Shown piece by piece: positions 39,113-47,339 of a DNA stretch of 64,000 nt. Where the stretch lies: NCBI GenBank assembly GCA_021205095.1, contig JAJPYE010000007.1, positions 62,338 through 126,337 of the forward strand. Direction: 5' to 3'. A program made the translations under genes and the position numbers. The DNA comes from Oscillospiraceae bacterium (GTDB lineage: Bacteria > Bacillota > Clostridia > Oscillospirales > Oscillospiraceae). Positions within the stretch are counted from its first letter, which is position 1; each line of letters opens with the position of its first letter. The notes beneath the pieces are model-generated. The model was not told the origin of the DNA, made no database searches, and worked only from the letters and a program-made list of their open reading frames with translations.

Positions 39113-40121
39113 CCTTATGCTCCTCGTAGAACTGCCAGTAGTCGGCCAGCATATATTTCAGTACCTTCGGGGTGTCCAGGTGATAGGGACACCGGGAGCG
39201 GCACCGGCCACAGTCTACGCAGTCGTTTATCTTGTTCATTTTTTCCTGCCACTCCGGGGTGAAGTAGGGCTGCCACGGACTGCGGCGGATGAGCATATCC
39301 ATCCGGGCGCAGTTGCGGATCTCAATGCCCTGGGGGCAGGGCATACAGTAGCCGCAGCTCCGGCAGAACTGGCCGGAAAGGGCCTTTCGGTCGGCGTCTA
39401 TGACGGCCTGGGCCGCTTCGTCCAGGGGCGGCTCCTCCGCGGACAGGGCCAGCCACTGCTCCAGCTCGTCCATGGTCTGAATCCCGTAGATGGGAACCAC
39501 CCCGGCCTGCTGGGACATGAAGGCGTATACGGCTCTGGCGTTGGTGAGCAGGCCCCCCGCCAGGGCCTTCATGGCGATAAAGCCCATGTTCTTCTCCCGG
39601 CAGCGCTGGACAAGCTGAAATTCCTCCGGGCTGGATAGATAGCTGAAGGGGTACTGCATGGTCTCGAATTTGCCGGACTCTACCATCTCCATGGCGAAGC
39701 GCAGGCTGTGGCTTGTGGCTCCAATGTGGCGGATATAGCCCCGGCGCTTTGCCTCCAGCGCCGCCTCATACGGGCCGTTCAGCTCGTCCCAGCCGGAGAC
39801 CTGGTGGAACTGGAACAGGTCGATGTAATCTGTCCGCATCCGCTCCAGGGAGAGCTGTATGTGTTGGAGGGTGGTATCGTAATCTCTGGCCATGCTCTTG
39901 GTGGAGATAACGATATTCTCCCGCACATCCCCCAGGGCCGCGCCGATTTTTTCCTCCGAGTCCGTATACATATTCGCGGTGTCGAAGAAGCGGATGCCGC
40001 CCTCATAGGCCCGCCGAAGGATGCGGACAGCCTCGTCCCGCTCCCGCCGCTGGATGGGCAGCGCCCCGAAGGCCGGCTTTGTCACCAGAAGATTTGTCTG
40101 TCCCAAAAGCATGGTTTCCAT
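39102..40121 (-). CDS. Aldo/keto reductase with C-terminal Fe-S (ferredoxin-like) cysteine motifs
   Basis: AKR N-terminus (G.LP.QR......A..ILR.A...GI.FFDTA..Y..SE) plus CRSCGYCMPCP and CVDCGRCRSRCP. Confidence 0.8.
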   Translation of the reverse strand: METMLLGQTNLLVTKPAFGALPIQRRERDEAVRILRRAYEGGIRFFDTANMYTDSEEKIGAALGDVRENIVISTKSMARDYDTTLQHIQLSLERMRTDYIDLFQFHQVSGWDELNGPYEAALEAKRRGYIRHIGATSHSLRFAMEMVESGKFETMQYPFSYLSSPEEFQLVQRCREKNMGFIAMKALAGGLLTNARAVYAFMSQQAGVVPIYGIQTMDELEQWLALSAEEPPLDEAAQAVIDADRKALSGQFCRSCGYCMPCPQGIEIRNCARMDMLIRRSPWQPYFTPEWQEKMNKINDCVDCGRCRSRCPYHLDTPKVLKYMLADYWQFYEEHKDAL

Positions 40122-40158
40122 GAATAATCACCTCGAAAAAAAGTATATCACAAACCTC

Positions 40159-40187
40159 TTGCTATTCCAAGTGAAATGCGTTATAAT
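40159..40187 (+). promoter_or_regulatory. Promoter of tRNA-Arg
   Basis: TTGCTA (40159-40164), 17 nt, TATAAT (40182-40187), about 30 nt upstream of the tRNA. Confidence 0.55.
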
Positions 40188-40216
40188 AATCAAGCTGAAA
40201 ATTTCAGAAGCGGTAT

Positions 40217-40293
<77 letters not shown>

Positions 40294-40297
40294 AAAT

Positions 40298-40334
40298 CGG
40301 GAATCGTTGAAACATCACGGTTCCCGGTTTTTTT
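40298..40334 (+). terminator. Weak terminator after the tRNA
   Basis: CGGGAA/TTCCCG 6-bp stem with a 17-nt loop, followed by GTTTTTTT. Confidence 0.4.
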
Positions 40335-40480
40335 ATATATCAACGGTTTGAGGATACCATCAGCGAAGCAGAGAAAACGATAGACAGCGCCGATGAAACG
40401 CTTGATCTGTTTATCGACAAAAAAGCCATCCCCGGCGAAAAACCACCGGGGACAGTCCAAGAGAAGAAAATCAGAAAGAT

Positions 40481-40876
40481 TTAAGTGATATTCAGTTTCG
40501 CTTTCAAGGCTTCCTGTAACACACCGGAGAAGTTGACCCCACTGCGTTCGGCCATGTCGTTCAGCCAACTGGGAATTGACAGCGTTTTCTTGACGGCCCG
40601 GTTGTCGTAGAATCTGCGATATTCAATGGTGTCACAGGAAACCAGCGTTACAAACTCATTATCGCCATGGGGAACGTCATTGATTGCACTGGGTGTTGGA
40701 ATTTCCAGTCCGTCCTGTTCCATGCCGTAGAGGGTCAGACAAAGCACATCGCTGGCAGCCTCCAGGCCATCGGTCAAATCCTCTCCCTGAGTGTAGCAGC
40801 TTTCTAAATCCGGAAAATTGATGGAATAGCCTTCGTTTTCCTGGGTGAATACGGCGGGATAAATATATTTTGCCAT
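40481..40876 (-). CDS. hicB: HicB family antitoxin with C-terminal ribbon-helix-helix
   Basis: YIYPAVFTQENEGYSINFPDL..CYTQGEDL..GLE.A.DVL HicB fold, plus a KKTLSIPSWLNDMAERSGVNFSGVLQEAL RHH-like tail. AGGAGGA RBS. Confidence 0.85.
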   Translation of the reverse strand: MAKYIYPAVFTQENEGYSINFPDLESCYTQGEDLTDGLEAASDVLCLTLYGMEQDGLEIPTPSAINDVPHGDNEFVTLVSCDTIEYRRFYDNRAVKKTLSIPSWLNDMAERSGVNFSGVLQEALKAKLNIT

Positions 40877-40914
40877 CTCAATATCCTCCTTTTGGGTATT
40901 GGGGGAGTGGGGAC

Positions 40915-41099
40915 TTATTTCAGCCCTGCGTCCCTCTTAATTGATTTTAACGTCCCTTCTGCGACTTCCTCTTGCTTGTGTCGTCCAACCGGGAATTGCT
41001 TTCCCGTGAGTGGACTGTACCAATTGTATGCCGCTTTCCTTCTCGGACGATCTCGCAGTTAAGTTCTCGTAGCATCTTTTCAAGTTCGCCGTATCTCAT
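40915..41099 (-). pseudogene. hicA: hicA toxin gene with an apparent 1-nt deletion (frameshift)
   Basis: Frame 1 reads MRYGELEKMLRELNCEIVREGKRHTI and then becomes nonsense, stopping at 40947. The +1 frame continues WYSPLTGKQFPVGRHKQEEVAEGTLKSIKRDAGLK*. Together they form a full-length HicA. The span is 185 nt, one short of 62 codons. Confidence 0.75.
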
Positions 41100-41111
41100 A
41101 TCCTACCCCTC

Positions 41112-41180
41112 CCGATAATCATATTATCGGCACGTATTAACACGTATGTCAAGTAATCTTACGTAATTTTACGTAATTTT
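41112..41180 (-). promoter_or_regulatory. hicAB promoter with palindromic operator and phased 10-bp repeats
   Basis: On the minus strand: TTGACA (41147-41152), 18 nt, GATAAT (41123-41128). The perfect palindrome CCGATAAT-CAT-ATTATCGG (41112-41130) covers the -10. TACGTAATTT occurs twice in tandem (41160-41179), plus a degenerate third copy. Confidence 0.6.
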
Positions 41181-41294
41181 TAAAAAGCGGTCCCCGGCAC
41201 TACAAGTACCAGGGATGGTCAACGAACAAGAGAAGCCCACACAAAAAGATGAGTTAGATAGAGTAGAGTATAGAAAATAATACATAACATAGAA

Positions 41295-41564
41295 GTGGGG
41301 GAAACGAATGTGGATGTAGATAGTTTTATGATTTGGTCGTTCGTAATTATTGTGATTGGAGGCATAATTGCGGGAATTGTTCTTGGCGTGAAAAGTGTGC
41401 GGGATCAAGAACGCCAAAGGCAGGCGCGGATAGCGGCGCAAAGGGCCGCTCGGCGCACAGGGATCGAACAAGCCGAACGGTTAGAGCAGGAGATGAAGGA
41501 CACGATTCGCCAGGAGGTTGACGAGTACCTCGAAACACTCGATATAATGGATGATGACCTGTGA
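41295..41564 (+). CDS. Small single-pass membrane protein, unknown function (start uncertain: 41295, 41310 or 41328)
   Basis: One TM helix (MIWSFVIIVIGGIIAGIVLGV) followed by a charged helical tail. GGGGGA lies upstream of the GTG at 41310. Confidence 0.45.
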   Translation: MGETNVDVDSFMIWSFVIIVIGGIIAGIVLGVKSVRDQERQRQARIAAQRAARRTGIEQAERLEQEMKDTIRQEVDEYLETLDIMDDDL

Positions 41565-41586
41565 TGCCCGCTCTGTGAGAGCGTGA

Positions 41587-41787
41587 CGTGCCTTTGATTA
41601 TCACAGCTTGCGCCATACACACGCCACATTGCCGATTGAATCCGGCGCAAATGCGAAGAATGTTCAGGCAGGGCCTGGACATACCAACATCAAAACCACC
41701 TTGCAGATATGTGTGCATGATACTGAAAAGATGGGGGAGCAGTCAGTTGAACTGTTTGAACGGATTAGCAGCAGAAAACACGCCTGA
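41587..41787 (+). pseudogene. 3' remnant of a tyrosine recombinase (phage integrase family)
   Basis: The frame reads RAFDYHSLRHTHATLPIESGANAKNVQAGPGHTNIKTTLQICVHDTEKMGEQSVELFERISS*, which is box II (HxLRHT..., GH, TT..Y.H). No N-terminal part is present. The catalytic Tyr position is Cys (TGT). Confidence 0.7.
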
Positions 41788-41808
41788 ACCTCCACTTCAA
41801 GCCAAAAA

Positions 41809-41910
41809 GAGGACTGAAACCGCAAAAGTTTAGCGTGTTCAGCCCTCTTTTTCTGATCAGCAGCTTTTTTCAAAATTAGGGTGGCAAATGGGTGGCAGCA
41901 CCACCTTTTT
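41809..41910 (+). terminator. Two plus-strand terminator hairpins at the islet edge
   Basis: GAGGACTGAA...TTCAGCCCTC followed by TTTTT (41809-41852), and GGTGG-CAGCA-CCACC followed by TTTTT (41891-41910). Confidence 0.5.
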
Positions 41911-41936
41911 CAGCGCCTTGTACCCCTTGAAAAGCC

Positions 41937-43274
41937 TTATTTTTCAAGGCTTAAGGAACAAATTGTCTCCACATGGTGCGTTCTGGGGAACATATCCACG
42001 GCGCGGCATTTTTCTGCGGCGTAGCCCATTTTGGTCATTTGATTCAGGTCGCGGGATAGGGTGGCGGGGTCGCAGGAAACATAGATGATGCGTTCCGGGG
42101 CCATGGAGACGATAGCGTCCAGCACCTGCCTGTCCATACCTTTACGGGGAGGGTCGGTTATAATCACGTCGGGGTGCAGGCCGTTGGCGGCCAGCCTTTG
42201 GGCCACGTCCTTTGCGTCGCCGCAGAGATATTCCGCATTTTTCACGCCGTTTTTCGCGGCGTTTCTTTTTGCATTTTCGATGGCGGAGGGGACGATGTCG
42301 CTGCCGATAAGCCTGGCGGCGTCCCGTGCGATGGAAAGGCCGATGGTTCCGGCCCCGCAGTATAGATCCAGCACCGTCTTGCCCGTCGGCTCCGCGTATT
42401 CCCCGGCCAGGGAATACAGCGCCTCCGCCTGTCGTGTGTTGACCTGGAAAAAGGTCAGGGGCGACAGCTCGAACACTGCGCCGCACAGAGTTTCCTCCAC
42501 AGTGTCCCGGCCCCACAGAAGGCGGATGGATCCGTCCAGCACGGTGTTGCCTCTGGCGCGGTTTTCGCAAAGCAGTACGCCGGTCAGCTCCGGGCAGGCC
42601 GCCCGGAGAGCGTCCACGGCGCTCTCCGGCAGGGGCCTGGCGGAAACGATGCAGGCGGCGAAGTCCCTGACTGTGCGGCGCAGAAACAGGTGGCGCACAG
42701 CTCCGTCCCCGGTGCGCTCGTCATAAACGGGGATGTCGTTTCCCTTCATCCACTGGAGCAGGGCGTCGGCGGCCTGGTCAAAGCAGGGCGGCTGCAAATA
42801 GCACCGCTGGGCCGGTATCACCTCATGACTGCGGGCACGGTAAAAGCCGCAGACCGGGCCGGGCGCGAAATTATAGATAGCCTTGTTCCGATAGCCCTCC
42901 TGCTGCGGTGCGCCAAGGATACCGTCTGCCTGAAGGGGCAGACTGCCAATGCGCCGAAGAGCGTTGTTGACCCGTTCCAGCTTGAATTGCAGCTCCTGGT
43001 CATAGGTCATATGCATGGCGGCGCAGCCTCCGCATTTGCCGAAGGCGGGGCATATCGGTTCCGTCCTGGCGGGGGAGGGACGAAGCAGCGCCTCCCCCCG
43101 GCCCCATACCGCTGTACGCGTGACCTTTACAATTCGAACCCGCCACAGCTCCTCCGGGAGCGCGCCGGGAACGAACACCGCCCGTCCCTCAATGTGACAG
43201 ACGCCGGCCCCCTGAGAGGTGAAGCCGGTGATTTGCGCCTCATATATGTCGTTTTTGGTTAACTCATTCATCAT
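41937..43274 (-). CDS. rlmD: 23S rRNA (uracil-5-)-methyltransferase RlmD/RumA family
   Basis: N-terminal TRAM domain, Fe-S cysteines CPAFGKCGGC, SAM motif DLYCGAGT, and C-terminal catalytic VSCDPAT. Confidence 0.9.
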   Translation of the reverse strand: MMNELTKNDIYEAQITGFTSQGAGVCHIEGRAVFVPGALPEELWRVRIVKVTRTAVWGRGEALLRPSPARTEPICPAFGKCGGCAAMHMTYDQELQFKLERVNNALRRIGSLPLQADGILGAPQQEGYRNKAIYNFAPGPVCGFYRARSHEVIPAQRCYLQPPCFDQAADALLQWMKGNDIPVYDERTGDGAVRHLFLRRTVRDFAACIVSARPLPESAVDALRAACPELTGVLLCENRARGNTVLDGSIRLLWGRDTVEETLCGAVFELSPLTFFQVNTRQAEALYSLAGEYAEPTGKTVLDLYCGAGTIGLSIARDAARLIGSDIVPSAIENAKRNAAKNGVKNAEYLCGDAKDVAQRLAANGLHPDVIITDPPRKGMDRQVLDAIVSMAPERIIYVSCDPATLSRDLNQMTKMGYAAEKCRAVDMFPRTHHVETICSLSLEK

Positions 43275-43430
43275 ACGCCCAATTTTATCACATATCCGGG
43301 AAAAATCTACCGCCTTTCCTGCAAAAAGGGAAAAAGAGGTAGGATTATCCTGACAAAGACTATTGCATATAAAAGAAAACTATGCTATACTATTTGTAAC
43401 TTTTGTTACTTTTATAAGGACGTGTGCGTA

Positions 43431-45050
43431 ATGAAACGAGCGATTTGCGTGGGATTATGTCTTGTGCTGCTGATAGCGATGATGGCGATACCTGTCCTGG
43501 CGATCGATGCGCCGCTGCCTGTTTCTGTGGAGGAAACAGAGGCGGATACTGCGGATTCCTCTGCGGACGATGAAAGCGAAGCGGAGGAAGAGGAAGCCGC
43601 GGAGACCGACGGCGAGGCGGATACTGCGGAGGAGCAGGAGGAGGCCGATACCGATGATATTATGTCAGAGGATCCCCAGTATTGGGTAACAAACCATGCG
43701 GATCCCTATGCCTCTTCCTTCAGTCTGCTGGCGTCCAGCGGTGCGTCCCACGATGACTTCACTACCCGTGCGCTGAAGGATGAGACGCTTTATCTTGGTA
43801 TAGACGTGTCCGTTTTCCAGGGGACGATCGACTGGGAGGCGGTAGCGGCGGACGGCATCCAGTTTGTCATCATTCGCGGCGCATACAGAGGCGTCAGCAC
43901 CGGCGAATTGAATGAGGATACCAGCTTTGAGACCAATATCACCGGGGCGCTGGCCGCCGGGCTGGAGGTCGGCGTATACATATATTCTCAGGCCATCACC
44001 GAGGAGGAGGGCAAAGCCGAGGCGCAATACCTGATCGACCTTGTGTCGGATTATGACATTACCCTTCCCCTGGTTATCGATTATGAATATTATTCCGGCA
44101 GCAGCGGCCTTGGCGGTCGTCTTTATGAGGCGGATTTGAGCAGGCAGGAGGCTACGGATATTTGCAATGCCTTCTGCGACGTGGTGGAATCGGCAGGCTA
44201 TGAAAGCATGGTTTATGCCAATGCCTCCATGCTCAACAGCAATCTCTATGCAGACGAGCTTGGACGGGTGTGGCTTGCTCATTACACCACGGAAACCAGC
44301 TATTCCGGGGATTATGAATACTGGCAGTGTTCCTCCTCCGGCGCGGTGGACGGCATTTCCACCCTGGTGGATCTGGATTTCTGGTTCAAGTCGAACAGCT
44401 CGTCCTCCTCTTCCGGGTCAGACAGCTCCGGCTCAGGCAGCTCCGGGACGGGAGATTCCAGCTCTGGCAGCACTGGGACGGAGGATTCCAGCTCTGGCAG
44501 CTCCGGGACGACCACCAGCAACCCGTTTACCGATGTGGATGAGGACGATTGGTATTACAGCGTCGTAATGGAGGCATATAACGGAGGCATCGTGAAGGGA
44601 GTTACCTCAACCACCTTCTGCCCTAATAACACGGCAACGCGCGCCCAGGTCATCACCATGATCTACCGCATGATGGGAGAGCCGGAAACCACCAGTACGA
44701 CTGCCTTTACGGATCTGACGCAGGATTATTATATTGATGCGGTAACATGGGCGGAGGAAAACCAGGTCGTCCAGGGCGTCAGCGAAACATCCTTTGCGCC
44801 GAATAATTCCATCACCCGGCAGGATCTGGTGACGATGCTCTATCGCCTGGCTGGAAGTCCCTCGGTCAGCGGCAATCTGAGCGCCTACAGCGATGGAGAC
44901 ACCGTTCAGTCCTATGCCCAGAACGCAATGATTTGGGCGGTGGAGAAGGGAATTATCCAGGGCTACAGCGCGGACAGTACCCTGCGACCCGCCAACGCGG
45001 CGACCCGCGCGGAGGTATGCGCTATTTTGGTGCGGTATCTGGCGCTGTGA
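43431..45050 (+). CDS. GH25 muramidase with acidic N-terminal region, Ser/Gly linker and three C-terminal SLH domains
   Basis: Signal peptide, GH25 motif GIDVSVFQGTIDW...FVIIRG, and three SLH-like repeats (FTDV..DWYY, FTDL..DYYIDAV, LSAYSDGDTVQSYAQNAM). Confidence 0.85.
   Translation: MKRAICVGLCLVLLIAMMAIPVLAIDAPLPVSVEETEADTADSSADDESEAEEEEAAETDGEADTAEEQEEADTDDIMSEDPQYWVTNHADPYASSFSLLASSGASHDDFTTRALKDETLYLGIDVSVFQGTIDWEAVAADGIQFVIIRGAYRGVSTGELNEDTSFETNITGALAAGLEVGVYIYSQAITEEEGKAEAQYLIDLVSDYDITLPLVIDYEYYSGSSGLGGRLYEADLSRQEATDICNAFCDVVESAGYESMVYANASMLNSNLYADELGRVWLAHYTTETSYSGDYEYWQCSSSGAVDGISTLVDLDFWFKSNSSSSSSGSDSSGSGSSGTGDSSSGSTGTEDSSSGSSGTTTSNPFTDVDEDDWYYSVVMEAYNGGIVKGVTSTTFCPNNTATRAQVITMIYRMMGEPETTSTTAFTDLTQDYYIDAVTWAEENQVVQGVSETSFAPNNSITRQDLVTMLYRLAGSPSVSGNLSAYSDGDTVQSYAQNAMIWAVEKGIIQGYSADSTLRPANAATRAEVCAILVRYLAL
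44421..44510 (+). repeat. Three tandem 30-bp units in the Ser/Gly linker
   Basis: GRNRRYTCCRGCTCWGGCAGCWCYGGGACG occurs three times. The last two copies are nearly identical. Confidence 0.8.
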
Positions 45051-45181
45051 ACAGACAATTTGGAAGACTTCCATTTTAAGGGAATTTAGAGTATAATAAA
45101 AAATTAAAAGCGAAGCATCAGAGCTTTTAAATCCGCCGCAGCGCGGCATAATAAAGAGAAATTCTTCGATGGAGAACCAAT

Positions 45182-45997
45182 ATGGACGAGCTTGAAAAAA
45201 TCAAAAATATGACCCCGGAGGAGCAGCAGGCATATCTGGATCAGCTTCAGGCCTGCGAGCATGACTGCTCCACCTGCTCCCAGGAATGTGGGGCCAAGGT
45301 GAAAAAACCGGCCAAGGTTGTCATTGTTATCACCGGCGGCAAGGGCGGCACAGGCAAGAGCGTGGTGTCCGTTCTGCTGGCGAAGGCCCTTTTAAAACAG
45401 GGAATTTCCGTGGCCGTGCTGGACGCGGACGTGGCCTGTCCTGCGGTACCTGCGCTTTTAAGTATGAAGGAGCCGGTGCTGGGGGATATGCCGGAGCTGG
45501 CTCCCGTGCCGGGGCCTGCAGGCTTCGGTGTGGTGAGCATGGGGCTGATTTCTGAGGATCCGATGGAGCCGGTGCTGTGGCCGGGAAAGGACATGGCAAA
45601 GCTGGCCGTGTGGCTGCTGAAGGATACCAACTGGCCCGAAGACCTGGACGTGCTGCTGATCGATATGCCCTCCGGGGCGGGAGATATTCCTCTGGAATAC
45701 TACACCACCATGCCTCTGGATTATGCTCTGGCGGTGGGAGAGCCGGGCGAGCTGTCCTCCGGCTCCCTGCGGCGGGCTATAAATCTGGCGGATATGCTCC
45801 GCGTACCCGTTATGGGCATTGTGGAAAATTTTGCCCAGGAGGACATGAATCTTCCCGCCTCCTGCGAGACTATCCCGGTGGTAGCCTCCATGTGCTATGA
45901 CCCTGCTCTGTACCACGCCGCCAGCGAAGGAAAGCTGGGCGATTATGAGACGGACAGCCTGGATTATCTGGCGCGGGCCATCGGTGAGCTGAGGTAA
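45182..45997 (+). CDS. Mrp/NBP35-like P-loop ATPase with N-terminal Cys-rich segment
   Basis: Deviant Walker A GGKGGTGKS, IDMPSGAGD (the DxPPGTGD equivalent), and N-terminal CEHDCSTCSQEC. Confidence 0.7.
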   Translation: MDELEKIKNMTPEEQQAYLDQLQACEHDCSTCSQECGAKVKKPAKVVIVITGGKGGTGKSVVSVLLAKALLKQGISVAVLDADVACPAVPALLSMKEPVLGDMPELAPVPGPAGFGVVSMGLISEDPMEPVLWPGKDMAKLAVWLLKDTNWPEDLDVLLIDMPSGAGDIPLEYYTTMPLDYALAVGEPGELSSGSLRRAINLADMLRVPVMGIVENFAQEDMNLPASCETIPVVASMCYDPALYHAASEGKLGDYETDSLDYLARAIGELR

Positions 45998-46000
45998 GCT

Positions 46001-47338
46001 ATGCGTAGAAACGGATTTGTGACGGGTCTTCTCTATGTGCTGATGGTCTTTCTGGCGGTGGGTCTGGCCGTGCTGATATTTTTCAATTACCAGGCAAACA
46101 CGGAGCAGATGGCGGAAATCGCTGCGGCGGAGGCTGCCGCTGCGGTCACGCCCACGCCTGCGCCGACGGCAACCCCTGCGCCGACGGCAACCCCCAACCG
46201 CACGACGGAGACGATTACCCTGGCCTTTGCCGGGGATATTGTGGGTCAGGCCGGCTTGACCACAGACGCCGCCGAAACGGACGGCGACACCACGACCTAT
46301 GACTACTCCGCAGAGCTGGCCGGTGTTACCGCCTCTCTGGAGGGGGCGGATCTGGCGGCCTGCACCCTGGTCGGCACTCTGTCCTCCGGCACGGAGTACG
46401 AGGGCTATCGGATGAATAAGGCCATGGCGGACGCCATCGTCGGCGCGGGCTTCTCTTTGGTAAATGCGGCCACGGATCACATCCTGGACGACGACCTGGA
46501 GGGCCTTTCCGAGACAGTTTCCCTTTTGAAGGATACGGGTATGGGCGTCGTCGGCGCTTACAGCAATGAGATCAGCACCGGCCTTTTGGTGGCCAGCGTT
46601 GGGGAGGTGCAGGTGGCCTTCCTCAGCTATACATACGGAACGGGAGGCGTTTCCGTGGTGGACAATAGCTGGTGCATAAACCTTTTGACCACGGACTACA
46701 TGACCGATCAGGAGACGGTGGATTACGACCAGATCGACGCGGACATTGCCGCCGTGAAGGAGGCGGGAGCGGACATCGTGGTGTGCTTCCTGTATTGGTG
46801 GGATAATACCCAGTATTACACGGTTCCCCGCGACAACCAGACGGAAGTGGTGGACTACCTGTGCGAAAACGGGGTGGACATCATTATTGGAAGCGGCGTC
46901 AAGACCCCTCAGCCCATTGAGGTGCGTACAGTGGCGCGGGAGGACGGCAACGCCAACTGCGTTATATGCTATAGTCTGTCCAACCTGATGAGCTGCTTTA
47001 ACGACAACTATACAAACCTGTCCGCCACGGCCCGCATTGAGATCAGCCGGGACGTAGACACCGGGGAGGTATGGGTCAGCGGCGTCAGCTATTATCCCCT
47101 GTTCATGCTGGACACGGATGATTACAGCGATTATACCGACCCGGAATATAAATACCGTCTTCTGGACGCATACAGCGCCATAGAGGACTATGAGTCCGGC
47201 GCTTCCGATGCGGTGTCGGAGGAAACCTATCAGGCCATTTTAACCGGCGTCAGCGACCTCCAGACCCTTCTGGGGGCGGATTATGACGTGGAAAACGGCG
47301 GCGTGACTCTGGATTTTCCCTATACGGTGGATGAATAG
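46001..47338 (+). CDS. CapA family (PGA_cap metallophosphatase-like) membrane-anchored protein
   Basis: N-terminal TM helix, Pro/Thr/Ala linker (APTATP twice), and CapA-like core (ITLAFAGDIVGQ..., NAATDHILD). Confidence 0.65.
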   Translation: MRRNGFVTGLLYVLMVFLAVGLAVLIFFNYQANTEQMAEIAAAEAAAAVTPTPAPTATPAPTATPNRTTETITLAFAGDIVGQAGLTTDAAETDGDTTTYDYSAELAGVTASLEGADLAACTLVGTLSSGTEYEGYRMNKAMADAIVGAGFSLVNAATDHILDDDLEGLSETVSLLKDTGMGVVGAYSNEISTGLLVASVGEVQVAFLSYTYGTGGVSVVDNSWCINLLTTDYMTDQETVDYDQIDADIAAVKEAGADIVVCFLYWWDNTQYYTVPRDNQTEVVDYLCENGVDIIIGSGVKTPQPIEVRTVAREDGNANCVICYSLSNLMSCFNDNYTNLSATARIEISRDVDTGEVWVSGVSYYPLFMLDTDDYSDYTDPEYKYRLLDAYSAIEDYESGASDAVSEETYQAILTGVSDLQTLLGADYDVENGGVTLDFPYTVDE

Positions 47339-47339
47339 T

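Larger units (their letters stand above)
40294..41936. mobile_element. Decayed low-GC islet next to tRNA-Arg (hicAB, small ORF, integrase 3' fragment)
   Basis: The sequence is visibly AT-richer than its flanks. It lies next to a tRNA 3' end and holds a toxin-antitoxin pair and a tyrosine-recombinase remnant. I did not find a flanking direct repeat. Confidence 0.45.

Noticed and set aside
41169-41471. A 100-aa minus-strand ORF and the overlapping ORFs 41333-41718 in the islet
   Set aside because: They are AT-rich low-complexity translations overlapping the hicAB promoter and the small plus-strand membrane ORF, with no RBS. One of them (41588-41833) is the wrong frame of the integrase remnant.
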